DNA from: Torpedo marmorata
Taxonomy: Eukaryota
DNA: 64,000 bases
Assembly (NCBI GenBank): GCA_977017645.1
Contig: OZ360232.1
Span: 15,810,001 to 15,874,000 of the forward strand
Reading direction: 5' to 3'
This document shows positions 49,210 to 61,879 of this stretch, one piece after another; position 1 is the stretch's first letter; each line of letters starts with the position of its first letter. The position numbers were made by a program, and so were the translations under genes. The notes under the pieces are model-generated. The model was not told where the DNA came from and did not search any database. It was given only the letters and a program-made list of their open reading frames with translations.

Positions 49210-49870
49210 ACTATCTCAGAGGATCTTTCCCGGACCCAACACATGAATGTCATTGTGAAGAAAGCACGCCAGTGCTTCTACTTCCTCAGGAGTTTGCGGA
49301 GGTTTGCTATGATATCGGAAACCTTGGCAAACTTCTACTGTTGTGTAGTTGCATCGCAGCCTGGTATGGAGGCACCAATACCTCTGAGTAGAAAGCCTTG
49401 CAAAAGGTAGTGGACACAGCCCAGTACATCACAGGTAAAACACTCCCCACCATCGAGAAAATCTACATGGAATGCTGCCATCGGAGAGCAGCAGCCATCA
49501 TCAAGGATCCACACCACCCAGGACATGCTCTGTTCTCGCTGCTACCATCAGGCAAGAGGTACTAAGTGCTGCAAGACTCGGACCACCAGGCTCAGGAACA
49601 GCTGCTACCCCTCCACCATTAGACTCCTAAACAACAAACTCAATCAGAGACTCATTTAAGGACGCTTACTTTGCACGTTATTTATTACTAAATATTTTTT
49701 TCTGTATTGCAGTTTGTTTACATTTCGCTCTTTTGTATACGCATCTTTTCTTGAGTACAGTTTTTTGTACTACTGATATGTAGAAATTCTGCCTGGCCTG
49801 TGGGAAAAAGAATCTCAGGGTTGCATGTGATGTCATGTATATACTCTGACAATAAATCTGAACTTTGAAT
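49210..49870 (+). mobile_element. Rex1/Babar 3' fragment
   Basis: AAWYGG...IIKDPHHPGHALFSLLPSG. Tail caataaatctgaactttgaa. Confidence 0.85.
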
Positions 49871-50601
49871 TCCTTTCTTAATGTAATTTCTATTTTCTTA
49901 GAGAACACGAAAATAGACAGATTTATGTACTTTAGCCTCATTGCACCTGGTATGATTTCTCCATTTCTGCAGACATGATTCAACAAGAACAACTTTGTTG
50001 AAAGGAGCCATTGTCAGACCAAGGAACACTATTGTGCGCAACAATGCATCAAAATCATTCCACTAATACATACTTTAAAAAGTATGCTCTCCATTTTCCC
50101 AATGCCTCCCCTAACACATGCCCATAAAATCACAAAAGCAGCATTTCTTATCATTCTAAAGCTCCCAGAACAAAACTGAGTAAATGTGATAGATAACTGA
50201 AATAACAGGAATCTTTAAACTCCTTTCTAAATATTTGTTGTTACAGTCTATTGTTTACACCAACCATTGTTACCAATTACTTTTGCATTCTCTCTTCAGG
50301 AACTTTCATGCCCCAAATCTATGAAACCCCTTCTAGCACCGATTCTCTTCTAGTAGTTTTAAACTAGTCTTGCCTACAAATTATGATTTATCCTTTTTTT
50401 CTAACTAGCGCCATTCACTATCTCATACTTCGGCTCCAGTACTTTCTCTTCGTCTTCATCATTCTATCCACATTGGGAAACCATGGCATCCTTGACCACT
50501 TCCCACTCTAGATTTGGAGTGCAACTTTGCTTGTGACTCCAACCTGTGCTTCTCAAATTTTGTTTAGTTTGGCATCCTTGTTTCAACAAAGCAGCCATCT
50601 T

Positions 50602-51665
50602 TTTTTAAATATTTTATTTTAAATTTTCAAATTTTTCACAATAATACAAAATATATAGTAAACATTAATAAATCCAAAATAAACCAAATTTGTATTACCG
50701 TGGTTCTAACCCCATCTCAACCCACCCTCACTAAAACAACCCACCCTCCACCCTTCCCATCCCTTACTCCCTCCCCTTACTAAAAATAAAGAAAAGAGAA
50801 AAGAAGAAAGAGGAGAAGACATTGATATTTATTGAAAACATCCGTACGGGTCCACAGCTCGGTGCAAGACATTCAACAGTATTCATTCTTTAAATTTAAG
50901 AGAGTCAACAGGGTCTAGGATGTAGAGCAACACATTTAAATATTCATACCTAATAATTGGATGAATGGACGCCAAATTTGCAAAAATATCCCATATTTAT
51001 TCCTCATATTATGTTATTCTTTCCAATGGAATACAACTCCGCATCTCTGAGTTCCATCTGTCCATACTTAAATTTGTATCCGATTTCCAAGTTACTGCTA
51101 TACATTTCCTTGCTACTGCTAATGCAATTTTTACAAATTTCAATTGCCATGTAGATAACTTCAATTTTGGTCTAGTTCCTTCCACATTTCCCAATAAAAA
51201 TAAGTCAGGATTCTGTGGAAATGTAACACCTATAATTTGTTTTAACCGGTTTCCTAACTTTATCCAAAAACCTTTAACTTTTGGACATAACCACGTTGAA
51301 TGTAAAAAGGTTCCCTCTTCTTCACCACATCTAAAACATCTATTTGATATCGTAGATTTTATCTTATTCAATTTTTGTGGTGTAAGATATAATTGATGTA
51401 AAAATTATATTGTACCAATCTATATCTTACATTAACAGTATTAGTCATACTATCTAAACATAAATCCGACCATCTTTTTTCATCAATTATAACATTAAGA
51501 TCTTGTTCCCATCTTTGTCTAGATTTATGAAGTCCTCGTTTTAAAGCTCCCCTTTGTAGCAAAGAATACACTATAGAAGTACATTTCTTAACATTTCCTT
51601 TCCTAATAAGGGTTTCTACCTCACTACAATCTTGTAACAACATATCTGGACCTAATTTTTCTCTT
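50602..51665 (-). mobile_element. 5'-truncated L1 (family B)
   Basis: ORFs 51009..51371 and 51368..51676 are homologous to 7506..8510. Duplication aaagcagccatctt at 50588-50601 / 51666-51679. Confidence 0.92.
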
Positions 51666-51759
51666 AAAGCAGCCATCTTGTGTCACCTCAATAATGCCTT
51701 CATGAAACCGCCTTCATCGTTATATCAGTTTCAAGAGTTCCATCAGAGCTTGTTGGTCA

Positions 51760-52270
51760 TCTTCAAATCTTGCATTTATGTGTCATATGTAATTCCTGTT
51801 CTTCTGTATGCTTTTGAGATTTGGACTGCATACAGCAGGCTCCTCAAGGTACCAGAAATATAGCACAATGCTCACATGCCGAAGGTTAAAATCTGAAAAC
51901 AAGCATGCTATTCTCAGCTGACAATGGAAAAGATTACCAGGCAGACAGAGGAAAAGATTCAAAGCCTCCTTGAAAAAAAATGCAACATTCCCACCAACTC
52001 CTGAAAATTCCTGCCCCCGTGACCAGTTTCAGTAAAAGAGTATTCAGGATGGCACTGAGAAGTGAATCCATGCTTGTGGCATATACTGAAATTCTGTGTA
52101 AACAATGCAAAGAGCACACAATGTCCCAAACTACCCACTCACCTATCCCTCAAACAGTCCCTACCCCATCTGGAACAGAGCTTGCAGTTCCCACACTGAC
52201 CTCAGTCATTTCAGATCTTAAGTAGAAGCAAAACATCATCAATTCTGAGGGGCTGCCCAAGAAGTAATAG
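51760..52270 (+). mobile_element. Decayed RTE-clade LINE 3' fragment
   Basis: VIPVLLYAFEIWTAYSRLLK resembles the RTE motif xxPxLLYxxExW. End gggctgcccaagaag. Confidence 0.5.
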
Positions 52271-53378
52271 CAAAATAACCTCACACCTTGCAGCATCATG
52301 CTACTTCTGCCCCTTCTTACTGTGTGTGCGTGTCACATGAACGCACACACGTTGATCATATACAGTATATATTAATCTTTACATCTTTTCTCACAGCTCG
52401 TATTCTCCACTTAGCCCTACATTGTTAAATATTGACACCGTTTTATCCAAGTTATTTATCCAAATTGTGATAAGGGCTCATTACTGACCCCTGTGGCATC
52501 CTGCCAGTAACAACCTTTAACCAATCCTCTTCCCAATCTACTCCATAAACCCCAATCCCATAAGATTATTTGGAAGCAACAATCTTTGAGTGATATTTTG
52601 TGGCGAACTAGCAGACAATAATCTTTGTTTCTTTATCAGTGCTTTGTTTCAGGTGAAATGGGATCTATTTAACCAATCGAAATCATTTCTATTATCATGT
52701 CCTGGTGTAATTCAGTTTAAGACCAGCTCTCCCAGCATAAATTGATGGCGAGAAATGAAATTTAAAAGCTATGTATTTTAAACAGGTTGTGCAAACAAAA
52801 GGAAAGCATGGCACATCCACTGGAATTCATAATTTCCCATATTGTGGAAGTCTGAAACTAGGGATCATAGTCTAGGGAGAACCGGGGGGGGAGGGGGGCG
52901 CAAACGAGGGATCATCAAGACAAAAGTAAGGGAACATTCTAATTTCAGAGGTTGTGAATCTGGAATTCTATCCCCTGGTGAATTATTGATGGTGAATCGT
53001 TCAGCATATTCAGGGTAGAAATGGATTGTATTTTGAACTGTGGAGGAATCAAAGGTCATGTGGATCGGCAGGAAAGCATAGTTGAGGCCAATTATCACAC
53101 AAGCCTTGCTCTTAATGAATGGCAAGGGGCCATTTGACTTCTGCTTCAATTCCTCTTGATTTCATCTCATTTATACAATTAGATATTAATGTTTCTTTTT
53201 GGAATCAGAAATATTTTCAACATCATGAAAGCAATTTTTAGCCATCTTCTAAAATAAGAGCTCAATAAGAGCAGATTTAAAGAGTTTTGTGTCAAGTGAA
53301 CATTTTCAGATTGCAGTTTCCAAAGAATAATGAGAAACTAAAATGCACAAATTAAAATAAAGTAAATTTTGACTTTAC

Positions 53379-53519
53379 CTGGCATTTCGAGGACTGATCT
53401 TTGGAGCTAGAAGCAGATGAAGAGGTGGATGAAAAGCTATCTGATGAGCTGATACAAGTATTGCATTTTGAATGGCAATATTTCTCCAGAATCTTTGTTT
53501 GGATTTCATTGCAAACTTT
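53379..53519 (-). CDS. FNIP1: FNIP1 coding exon 3 (141 bp): KVCNEIQTKILEKYCHSKCNTCISSSDSFSSTSSSASSSKDQSSKCQ
   Basis: Open phase 0-0 exon, acceptor tttacag, donor gtaaag. Ser-rich, ending KDQxxKxQ like human exon 3. Diverged but positionally and phase consistent. Confidence 0.88.
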
Positions 53520-53638
53520 CTGTAAATAGGCAAGTTTTAATTATTAACATAATTATTTTAAAAAAAGTCCATTAAATCATTTGAAAAAAGGAAAGAGAAA
53601 AGAAAAGCAAGCTCGTTTTGTCTGCTGAAAATGCCATG

Positions 53639-53652
53639 CCAGTAGATGGCAC
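53639..53652 (+). promoter_or_regulatory. Candidate CTCF core motif
   Basis: CCAGTAGATGGCAC fits CCASYAGRKGGCRS at all 14 positions, in non-repetitive-looking sequence. Confidence 0.5.
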
Positions 53653-53786
53653 TGCAAAGGTAACCTTTAGATGAATAATTGCTTACAGTGAAGCAGCTTC
53701 ATCGTCACATAATAAAGTACAGTTTAATGGCACAGAACTTGCAGTCAGCAACAAATTGTCAAATCTTGTGGCCGAACTACAAAATA

Positions 53787-53985
53787 CAGCAAAACCCCCG
53801 GTATCCAGCACCTATGGGGATTGGTTGATGCCGGATAAGTGAATTTTCCGGTTGCTTGAGATTGTGTGTTGCTTGATTGGTGAACTAGGGGGCACCAATT
53901 TGAAACTTTTGTATTTTTTAACCTATTTATTTTCCACGATTTTTTTTGCCAGTTGCTTGAATTCCAGATAACGGGGATTTCACTG
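53787..53985. mobile_element. Tigger/pogo-like MITE (about 200 bp)
   Basis: TA-cagcaaaacccccggtatcc ... agataacggggatttcactg-TA. Same family as 57025-58349, opposite orientation. Confidence 0.8.
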
Positions 53986-54407
53986 TAAATTAACCTTAAG
54001 TGGCAAGGCCTTGAATGGTGGTAAAGGTTTATCAATAGACACCACACCATACGGTTGTGCATCCACGATACCATTGAAAAACAGGCAGGTGGCTTCGTTA
54101 CATCCCTTGGCTAACCCAGCTGAGAAAACGTTGAAAAACATGAGCATTTTAGATATACAGAAATATTAAAACATTTCAATAGTTAAAAAAAATTAAACAA
54201 AAAATGAACTACATATATTGTTCAAATACTAACTTTTAAATAAAATTGAAATGTGCAAAAAAGTTCAAACATTTTAAATACCAACAACTAACAATTGCGC
54301 TCAGCTTTTCTCTCCCATTGAAATCAATGGAGAGCTTTCTGTGCCAAGCCTATGCAGATTCCCCCAAAATGCTAGTGAATTATGACAACTCTGCTTCCAC
54401 TGCTAGT

Positions 54408-54645
54408 GGCACGGTTAGCATAGTGGTTAGCGCAATGTTGTTACAGTGTCAGTGACCCGGGTTCGAATCCGGCACTGTCTGTAAGGACTTTGCACGTTCT
54501 CCCCGTGTCTGCGTGGGTTTCCTCCAGGTCCTCCAGTTTCCTCCCAACATTCAAAATGTACTGGGGCTGTAGGTCAATTGGGTGTAATTGGGCGGCACGG
54601 GCTCGAGGGCCAGAAGGGCCTGTTACCATGCTGTATGTCTTAAAA
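54408..54645 (+). mobile_element. tRNA-derived V-SINE (HE1-like)
   Basis: A box TAGCATAGTGG, B box GGTTCGAATCC, conserved core, CR1-type tail. Confidence 0.88.
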
Positions 54646-57024
54646 ATAAACTGCGAGGGAACCCAATGTCAGTGCTCAACTGGCAAAACAATAGCAGTTT
54701 TCATACATATACATGGGGAAATTCCAATCAGAGGCATTTCTCAACAAAACCATCCATAATTTCCACTACCCATTCCCAGCTCAAACTTTCTATTTTAAAA
54801 AGAGTCCAAGGAACTTTTTGTGCAAATGCACCTGAAGATGTAGAGTAAAAATTAAAATGCCAGAGTTCACAGAATTGCTAACAGCGCAATTATTCAAGTC
54901 AGTCTTAAAATATACTAAACTTGTAACATGACAATCAATAACCAATGATAAAAATGTCTCACCAATAGTTCTTAATGAAATGCATGTTATAATGACAATC
55001 AAAGCTGACAGACCCAATCATGGATGTGGTTTTGGGGGCTTGGAGCAAAAATATCAGACCTTGTATTTACCAAAGTTGAATCCTATTTTCCAGCATTTCC
55101 AATAACTTCCCCACTGGATAAAGGCCTCGTTTTCTTTTTCCCTCTCACTTTTCTCAAATAATAGATTAACTACAAATATTTTTGTTAATATTTATATTCT
55201 TCAAATTTCTTTTCAGAGCCCTTACTAATCTTTTGTTCTGCCTTCACTGTTTCCCATTTCACAATACTGGCCACAATTGAAAAGAGCTGGACAAGTGGAA
55301 ATTGCTTTTCAATTTCCTAACATCGTGAGATGGCTCAACATAAAGTTTCATCCATTCTTATTCCTGTGTCCCCAACTCTTTCATCTCCCCACCAATCAAT
55401 AAATTAAATCTCCTTTCCAGAACTCCATATGTTCAGTGAATCAACCTGCCCTTCTTCCATCCCTTTGACCAAAAATAACTATGCACAGCTCTCCATTTGA
55501 ACACACTAAAGCCTTATCTAATGCAACATTATTCTTGCTTATTTGTTTTCAAAAGGAAACCAAATTCCTTCCTTCCCCTTCTCTGCATCAAGATAATATA
55601 ACTGTCCAATCTCCACACTACCACAAGGTGGCCACCCCAGACAATTCACAAAAAGCCGTTCCCCCACAATATCCAAAACTGCTCTTCTCCTCCACAAACA
55701 CCTATCCCCTCCAAAGTTAATGAACTGACCTTGGCCACCTCTTCTTCCCTGTACCCATTTCTCTCTCATTTTTCCTCACACCTATTCCCACTGCAGTCAT
55801 CCTGATGCTTTGGAACCCAATTGTCCTTCTGAAACTTAATCTTAGCTTCCCATGTATAAACCCAAAGCAGCATCTTTTAATTTTACAAATCAGTACTTAC
55901 ATTTCTAGATTATTTTTTAATCTAGTTTTAACTTCTGCATCCATAGTACTGGTTAATCACAATTAAATGGCCCTCTTTAACAAGCAAGACAGTCAATTGG
56001 AGATTACAAATTACCAAAGGATGAACAGGTACACAGTTACAATGAATCCCCATCTACTTAAAACTCTAAATGGCATTTACTCACCCACCAGCCCCCTCAA
56101 ATTTTAAGTATTTGCTCTTTCTCAATTTTGAAAAGAAAAATGCAAAACTCTGTGGAAATCTAATCTTGCCCAAATCTTCATCACTCATATATTCATCATT
56201 AAAAAAATACATTTAAGACAAACTTTTTCTTGGATTAGAATCCATAATATTTTTCCAAGAAGTGTGCAATTTCTTTTTTTTTGAAGTTCAGGCTCACTTT
56301 CATAACATTAGTTACACACATCATGCTGTTGAATGATAATCTTATGACTTCCTTAAAAACTCGTGAGATATAACTGCACAGAGGTCAGAAAGTTGCTCTT
56401 GCACTACTCTATCACATGATAAAAAACACATCCAAGTCTGAAGAAAAAAACAAAAATACAGCCGTTTTGGTATTTGTTCAGATTTTAAGTGCCCATGGGA
56501 TTTTGCTTTACTGCCTTGAAGGTAAAATATACTGCAAGGCTTTAAAAGCTGCTGGAACACAAACAGGTTTTGGGACACTAAAATATTGTTAAACTATGTT
56601 TCTTGCTATATGAACAGAACTCAAAAGTTCAATTTCACTATTTTAAGCAAATAATGGACAGTGGTTTATGTTCAAACCATCACAAGTAAAATTATGCAAT
56701 TACACTTAACACATTTAATCAATGCTGAAAAACATCAATAAAGAATACCAATGCTTTGCCTTTCACATTCTCAGTACATCCCAAAGAACTTTACAACCAA
56801 TTCTTGTTATCTTAGAGATAGTCTATACACAATGACCTGCCAGTATTAATTGGAAACTACTTTGTGATTTTTTTTGGATTGGATTTGCTGCTGCTCATTT
56901 TAACAAACCTGGGACATCACCAACGGAGGCACCAAACACTATTTTTTATTCTCGGGGTGGGCAAAGTAACCAGTAGAAACAAAATTAGGTCGTGGCTGGA
57001 AGAGGCCAGTTATCTCTGACAATA

Positions 57025-58349
57025 CAGTAAAATCCCCATTATCCTGAACTCAATCAACCGGAAACTCAAACAACCAGCAAAAAAAAAAAAAAACCACGAG
57101 GAAATAAATAACTTTAAAAATAAATAAGAATAAATAAAGTTTTAAATAAAAGTTTAAAACAAAGTTTAAAATTGTAAAAGTAAATGTTCTCTGAAGCAAT
57201 ACACAACCCCTTGGGAGCAAACATTCAGCTAGCGGAGCGCCCCACACACAGCAGCAGTTTGAATAAAGTCTCAATACAGTTGTGTTTGAGTAAAATGGCG
57301 CCACCCAGGATGAAGAGCTGGCCGATGCCGCTCGGGCGACTCTCCCAAAGTGTCTCCCTGCTTGGCAAGTCTTTATCTTTATGAGTATATTATTAAGTGT
57401 ATTAAAACTTGGGGGAGGGGGGGGGAGTTAATTATGACGACGGCACGGTAAGCGTAACGGCTAGCACAACGCTGTTACAGCGCTCGCGAATGAGGTTCGA
57501 ATATAAAGGAAGGTGTGGCGAGGGCCTGACCGGGACACTTGCGTTGAGGTGAGTCGGGTTGTGCTGAGGATCCGACCGGGACACTGGCGTGGAGGTGAGT
57601 CGGTTTGCACCGAGGGCCTGACCGGGACACTTGCGTGGAGGTGAGTCGGGTTGTGCTGAGGATCCGACCGGGACACTGGCGTGGAGGTGAGTCGGTTTGC
57701 GCCGAGGGTCCGACCAGTACAATGGCGTGGAGGTGAGTCGGTTTGCGCCGAGGGTCCGACTGGGACACTGGCGTGGAGGTGAGTCGGGTTGCACCGAGGG
57801 TCCGACCAGGACACTGGCGTGGAGGGGAGTCGGGTTGTGCTGAGGATCCGACCGGGACACTGGCGTGGAGGTGAGTCGGTTTGCGCTAAGGTCCGACTGG
57901 GACACTGGCGTGGAGGTGAGTTGGGTTGCGCCAAGGGTCTGACCAGGACACTGGCGTGGAGGTGAGTCGGGTTGCGCTGAGGGTCCGACCGGGACACTGG
58001 CATGGAGGTGAGTCAGGTTGTCAGCGCGAGGGGAAGGGGTTAATTATGACGGCAGCACGGTTAGCGTAGCGGCTAGTGCAACACTGTTACAGCGCCAGCG
58101 ACCAGGGTTCAAATTTAAATTTCGTAAATTACGGGAATTACCTGATTAAAGTGAACTTTGCATAAATAAAGACTACAATAGAGTTTTCTTTTAAATTACT
58201 TTACATTTTGCACTATCTTTTGTCTTTTAAACCGTGTATTCTTAATGCAGGTGTATTAGGCATTGTAAGAGTGAGTCTCAGTCAACCGGAAAATTCCCAT
58301 ATCTGACATCCACGATCCCTGTAGGTGCTGGATAATGGGGATTTTACTG
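57025..58349. mobile_element. Tigger/pogo-like non-autonomous element carrying SINE heads and a minisatellite
   Basis: Perfect 20-bp TIRs cagtaaaatccccattatcc / ggataatggggattttactg, with TA on both sides. Confidence 0.9.
57517..58020. repeat. GC-rich minisatellite, about 11 x 46 bp
   Basis: Unit approximately gggacactggcgtggaggtgagtcggtttgcgccgagggtccgacc. Period 46 (57578, 57624, 57670). Confidence 0.93.
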
Positions 58350-58358
58350 TACGTTTAA

Positions 58359-58570
58359 ACACGGTTAGCGCAACGCATTCGAATCCGGTGCTGTCTGTAA
58401 GGAGTTTGTACGTTCTCCACGTGTCTGCGTGGATTTCTTCCGGGTGCTCCAGTTTCCTCCCACCCTTCAAAACGTCGCGAGGTTGTAGGTCAATTGGGTG
58501 TAATTGGGCGGCAAGGGCTCGTGGGCCAAAAGGGCCTGTTATTGTGCTGTATGTCCAAATTAAATTAAAA
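58359..58570 (+). mobile_element. V-SINE copy with deleted head
   Basis: cacggttagcgcaacgc..ttcgaatcc, core and tail as at 54408. Confidence 0.82.
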
Positions 58571-59102
58571 TACTATGGTTAGTTTCTGCCCAATGAATGC
58601 ACTAGTCATGAGGCAAACAGATTAATCTGTGGAGAAAATATATTCCCAATGATCTTCTCCACAACTATGGTCAGTATTCCTCTTAAGACTGACCAGATGC
58701 GAACACAAGTCATAGGAGACATGCAAGCAATTTCTTTTGAACTGTTTTCAAACCCTTTTCTTAATGCAATGTCAGCAATTCATATGGCTGACAACAAAAA
58801 TGATGCACCATTGAGGTGGAGCGCTATGAGGTGAAGGGGTGAGGCGCATCGATTGCCAGGATCTGATTATCACAATTTTTGATAAGGAAACAAATGTTAA
58901 GACATTATCTCACCCAGTTTCTGTTAGAAGACTTAAGACCCAATTAAAAATATTGCAGAACTACATGTGCAAAATTAGTGATTCATTCTTTTTCTCAAAA
59001 AAGTCTCGGAAAAGGTATCAAAAACAAAATCTAATACAGACATAATTGTTCATACTTGTATGCAGACATTAACCAGAAGACAAACAGAGAAAAACATCTT
59101 AC

Positions 59103-59220
59103 TGAAGATGAAGTTTCTTCAGTTTTCTTTGAATCAAACAGCACATTTCTGCCTCTTCTTTCACAATCCTGGTAGACTATAAGTCGTATTTGACTAGGAT
59201 TGAACTCTGGAGCAGGCCAG
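59103..59220 (-). CDS. FNIP1: FNIP1 coding exon 2 (118 bp): (S)[39 protein letters not shown]
   Basis: Manual translation matches the FNIP N-terminal motif [20 protein letters not shown]. Acceptor tttttcaag, donor gtaag. Not in the ORF track. Confidence 0.95.
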
Positions 59221-60503
59221 CTTGAAAAAAAAAATGGTCACATAGTTAGTGATAATTGCAACTACAGAAATTTGCATTTTACTAGCTATTCGTTACTTCC
59301 CACCATGAACCAGATTCTGTTTAATAGTAGCATCCCAGAACAATTGATTACATCTTTGTAGTTTGTTTTCTAATCTTCCTTGGGTCTGGCAAGGATGTGC
59401 TAAGGCTTCAGTTTGCTAATAACAACACGCTTTCCTAGCCCCTTTGCATGTTTGCTCGTGTACTCCTTTTAGCAAAATGGTCTCCAATAAGAGCCAAGAA
59501 TGGAAAGAAAATCCCTCCTTAAAGAACCAATGCTTTAAGTGCATATGGATGTCTCTGGGTGTCCATGTACTTCTCGTATCACATTATGAATCCACTTGCA
59601 CTGCCTGTTTCTCGGCTCTGTCCTCATTTACAAAATGGGAAACAAAATCAACAAATCTAAAAATCTACTCTTCATCAAGCTGTTGGTAGGAGCTGGAGTG
59701 ACTGTGTGGAGCAGAACACAAGAAACACTTTAAAATGGCTACTACAAATAATGCATTTAAACTGTCAGGAAAAAACAAAAATACATTCCTCCTCCCACCA
59801 CTATGAAAGAGTTTGAAAGGATTTTGCAAGTGATTTTCAAGCATGCATTATGGACTGAGGAGCTAAGTATGATTTCAGCTAATAATTTAGGTTGCGAACT
59901 CAAAGAAAGATGATGAATTTCGGTTTGGTGTTACTGAACTGCTTTTAGATCTAATCACGTGGAACATTTGAGCCATTTGGAAAATATATAGTTGTGCATT
60001 ATAAGATGGTGTTCGCTGAAATATGCATTTTAACTAACAAAATAAGATCATCCTATTGCATCTCTAAAATTTCTCTGCATGAAATGGAACAAATGCAGAT
60101 TTCATGCCTTGCTGAATGAGAGAATAAACAACATATTGTAGGAAATAAAATCTGTAGAATGGTGGCAGAGCATAAAGTGAGGGATTCATGTTACATAAAG
60201 CACTACTTTCATCAGTCATATTTATAGCTTTTCTGCCCACTCGTTTGTCTTACCCTTTGCAATTTTACTTGAAATTTCAATTCAGAACCAATTCCAACTG
60301 CATACTATGACTAAAATTAAACAAAAGAAAGGGACTAAGAGCCATAGAGAGTTTGTTTCTCTTCTCTTGTCAACTCACCCTATCTCACCATTTTGGATCC
60401 AGAATTTATTTGGCCAAGAGGAATGCGAGATTGAATACATTTACATTTTAAAAGTCTAAAACCAAGCAATTAAGCAGTGTGAATTCAATAGGCAGTGCAA
60501 TCT

Positions 60504-61049
60504 TTTTTTTAAATATTTTATTTAAAATTTTTAAAATCACACAGTACATAGTTTAAAATGCAAAATTATCAAATTACATGTGATACCTTTTCACCCCCCC
60601 TCCCTCCCTCCCCTCCCTAACCCTCCCGAAAAGAAAGAAAGAAAGAAGAAAAAGATAAAAATAAGGAGAATGTCACTCTAAAAAGAACAACTATAAACTA
60701 ATTTTATTGTGGAACACAGGTTCGCCAGTCAGATCCAATATCCGGAGATCTTCAAATCCTTAAACCAACAGTTTTTATATATGGGCTCCATATTTTCAAA
60801 AATAAATGATATTTATTACGTAAATTATAAGTAATTTTTTCAAGTGGTATACATGAACGAAGTTCTGCATGCCATCTTTCTAACCCTAAATCTACATCAG
60901 ATTTCCATGTAATAGCAATGCATTTCTTAGAAACAGCTAAAACAATACGTAAAAATTCTATTTGATACATATTTAATTTAATCTTAACACTAATTCTTTT
61001 AATATCTCCAAACAAAAATATCATAGGATCCATTGGGAGTGTAATTCTT
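60504..61049 (-). mobile_element. 5'-truncated L1 (family A) with 17-bp TSD
   Basis: ORF 60752..61090. aataggcagtgcaatct duplicated at 60487-60503 / 61050-61066. Confidence 0.92.
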
Positions 61050-61072
61050 AATAGGCAGTGCAATCTAAGAGA

Positions 61073-61372
61073 CAGGGCCGGCGCTACCATTAGGCCAACT
61101 AGGCAGTCGTCTAGGGCGCAGACCTCAGAGGGGCGCTGTTGAAGAGAGATTCCAACAGCTCCGGCACCTCTGTCTGCGTCATGAATGACGTGGTTCTGAC
61201 TAACGCGCTATAAGCACGCGCGTTAGTCTGGTAAGGCGGAGGGAGGAAGTGGTACGGCGCACGTCGAACGTCACATCAGGTATTACACCCACCGCTCAGC
61301 CCGGTCAGCACCCCCCCTCCCCCCCCGCGGTCAGCTCGGCCTAGGGCGCAAAATAGCCTGGCACCTGCCCTG
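61073..61372. mobile_element. hAT-superfamily MITE, 300 bp, CpG-rich
   Basis: 8-bp TSD ctaagaga (61065-61072 / 61373-61380). Imperfect TIRs cagggccggcgc / gcacctgccctg. Confidence 0.85.
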
Positions 61373-61879
61373 CTAAGAGACAGCACAAAACAGCATAAAA
61401 TATTCTATGATAGCTGGTAAAACAGGAAAAAAACTGAAATAAAGATGGACCAGATGAACTTTGCACTTGTAATCTAGAACTACCAATGGAGGATTGATAA
61501 TAATATGCTTTGCGCAGAAGATACATGGAGGTCATTAGTTTATTTAACAAAATATGCTAACCTGCTTCACAGAAACAACATCAAAATTTAAAAACCTAGC
61601 AACATTAGAAGATGACCAAAAGTTACAAGTTTTGAGAGGTAGCTTAAAGAAGGAAATAGAAATTTAAGCAGGAAATTGTAGTTTAGCTTTTCGCAGATCA
61701 AGGAATAGCAAACAATAGATTAAATTTGGAAAGTCTGAAAAGCCAGAACTTCGGGATGCACATGGATGTTGTCCATCTAGAAAGGATGAGATTGCGTGTG
61801 CATGCAATTTGCATGGTGTGATGCATGCATGTGCCCGAGTGTATAGCTTGTGTGGGACCTTTCCTGGGCCCAACATACC

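Noticed and set aside
57432-58003. Pro/Ser/Thr-rich ORFs on the minus strand
   Set aside because: Translations of a stop-poor GC-rich 46-bp minisatellite.
3809-59220. Assignment as FNIP2
   Set aside because: Residues such as [37 protein letters not shown] and the presence of the exon 7 segment match my recollection of FNIP1 better; a reciprocal BLAST or gene tree would confirm.
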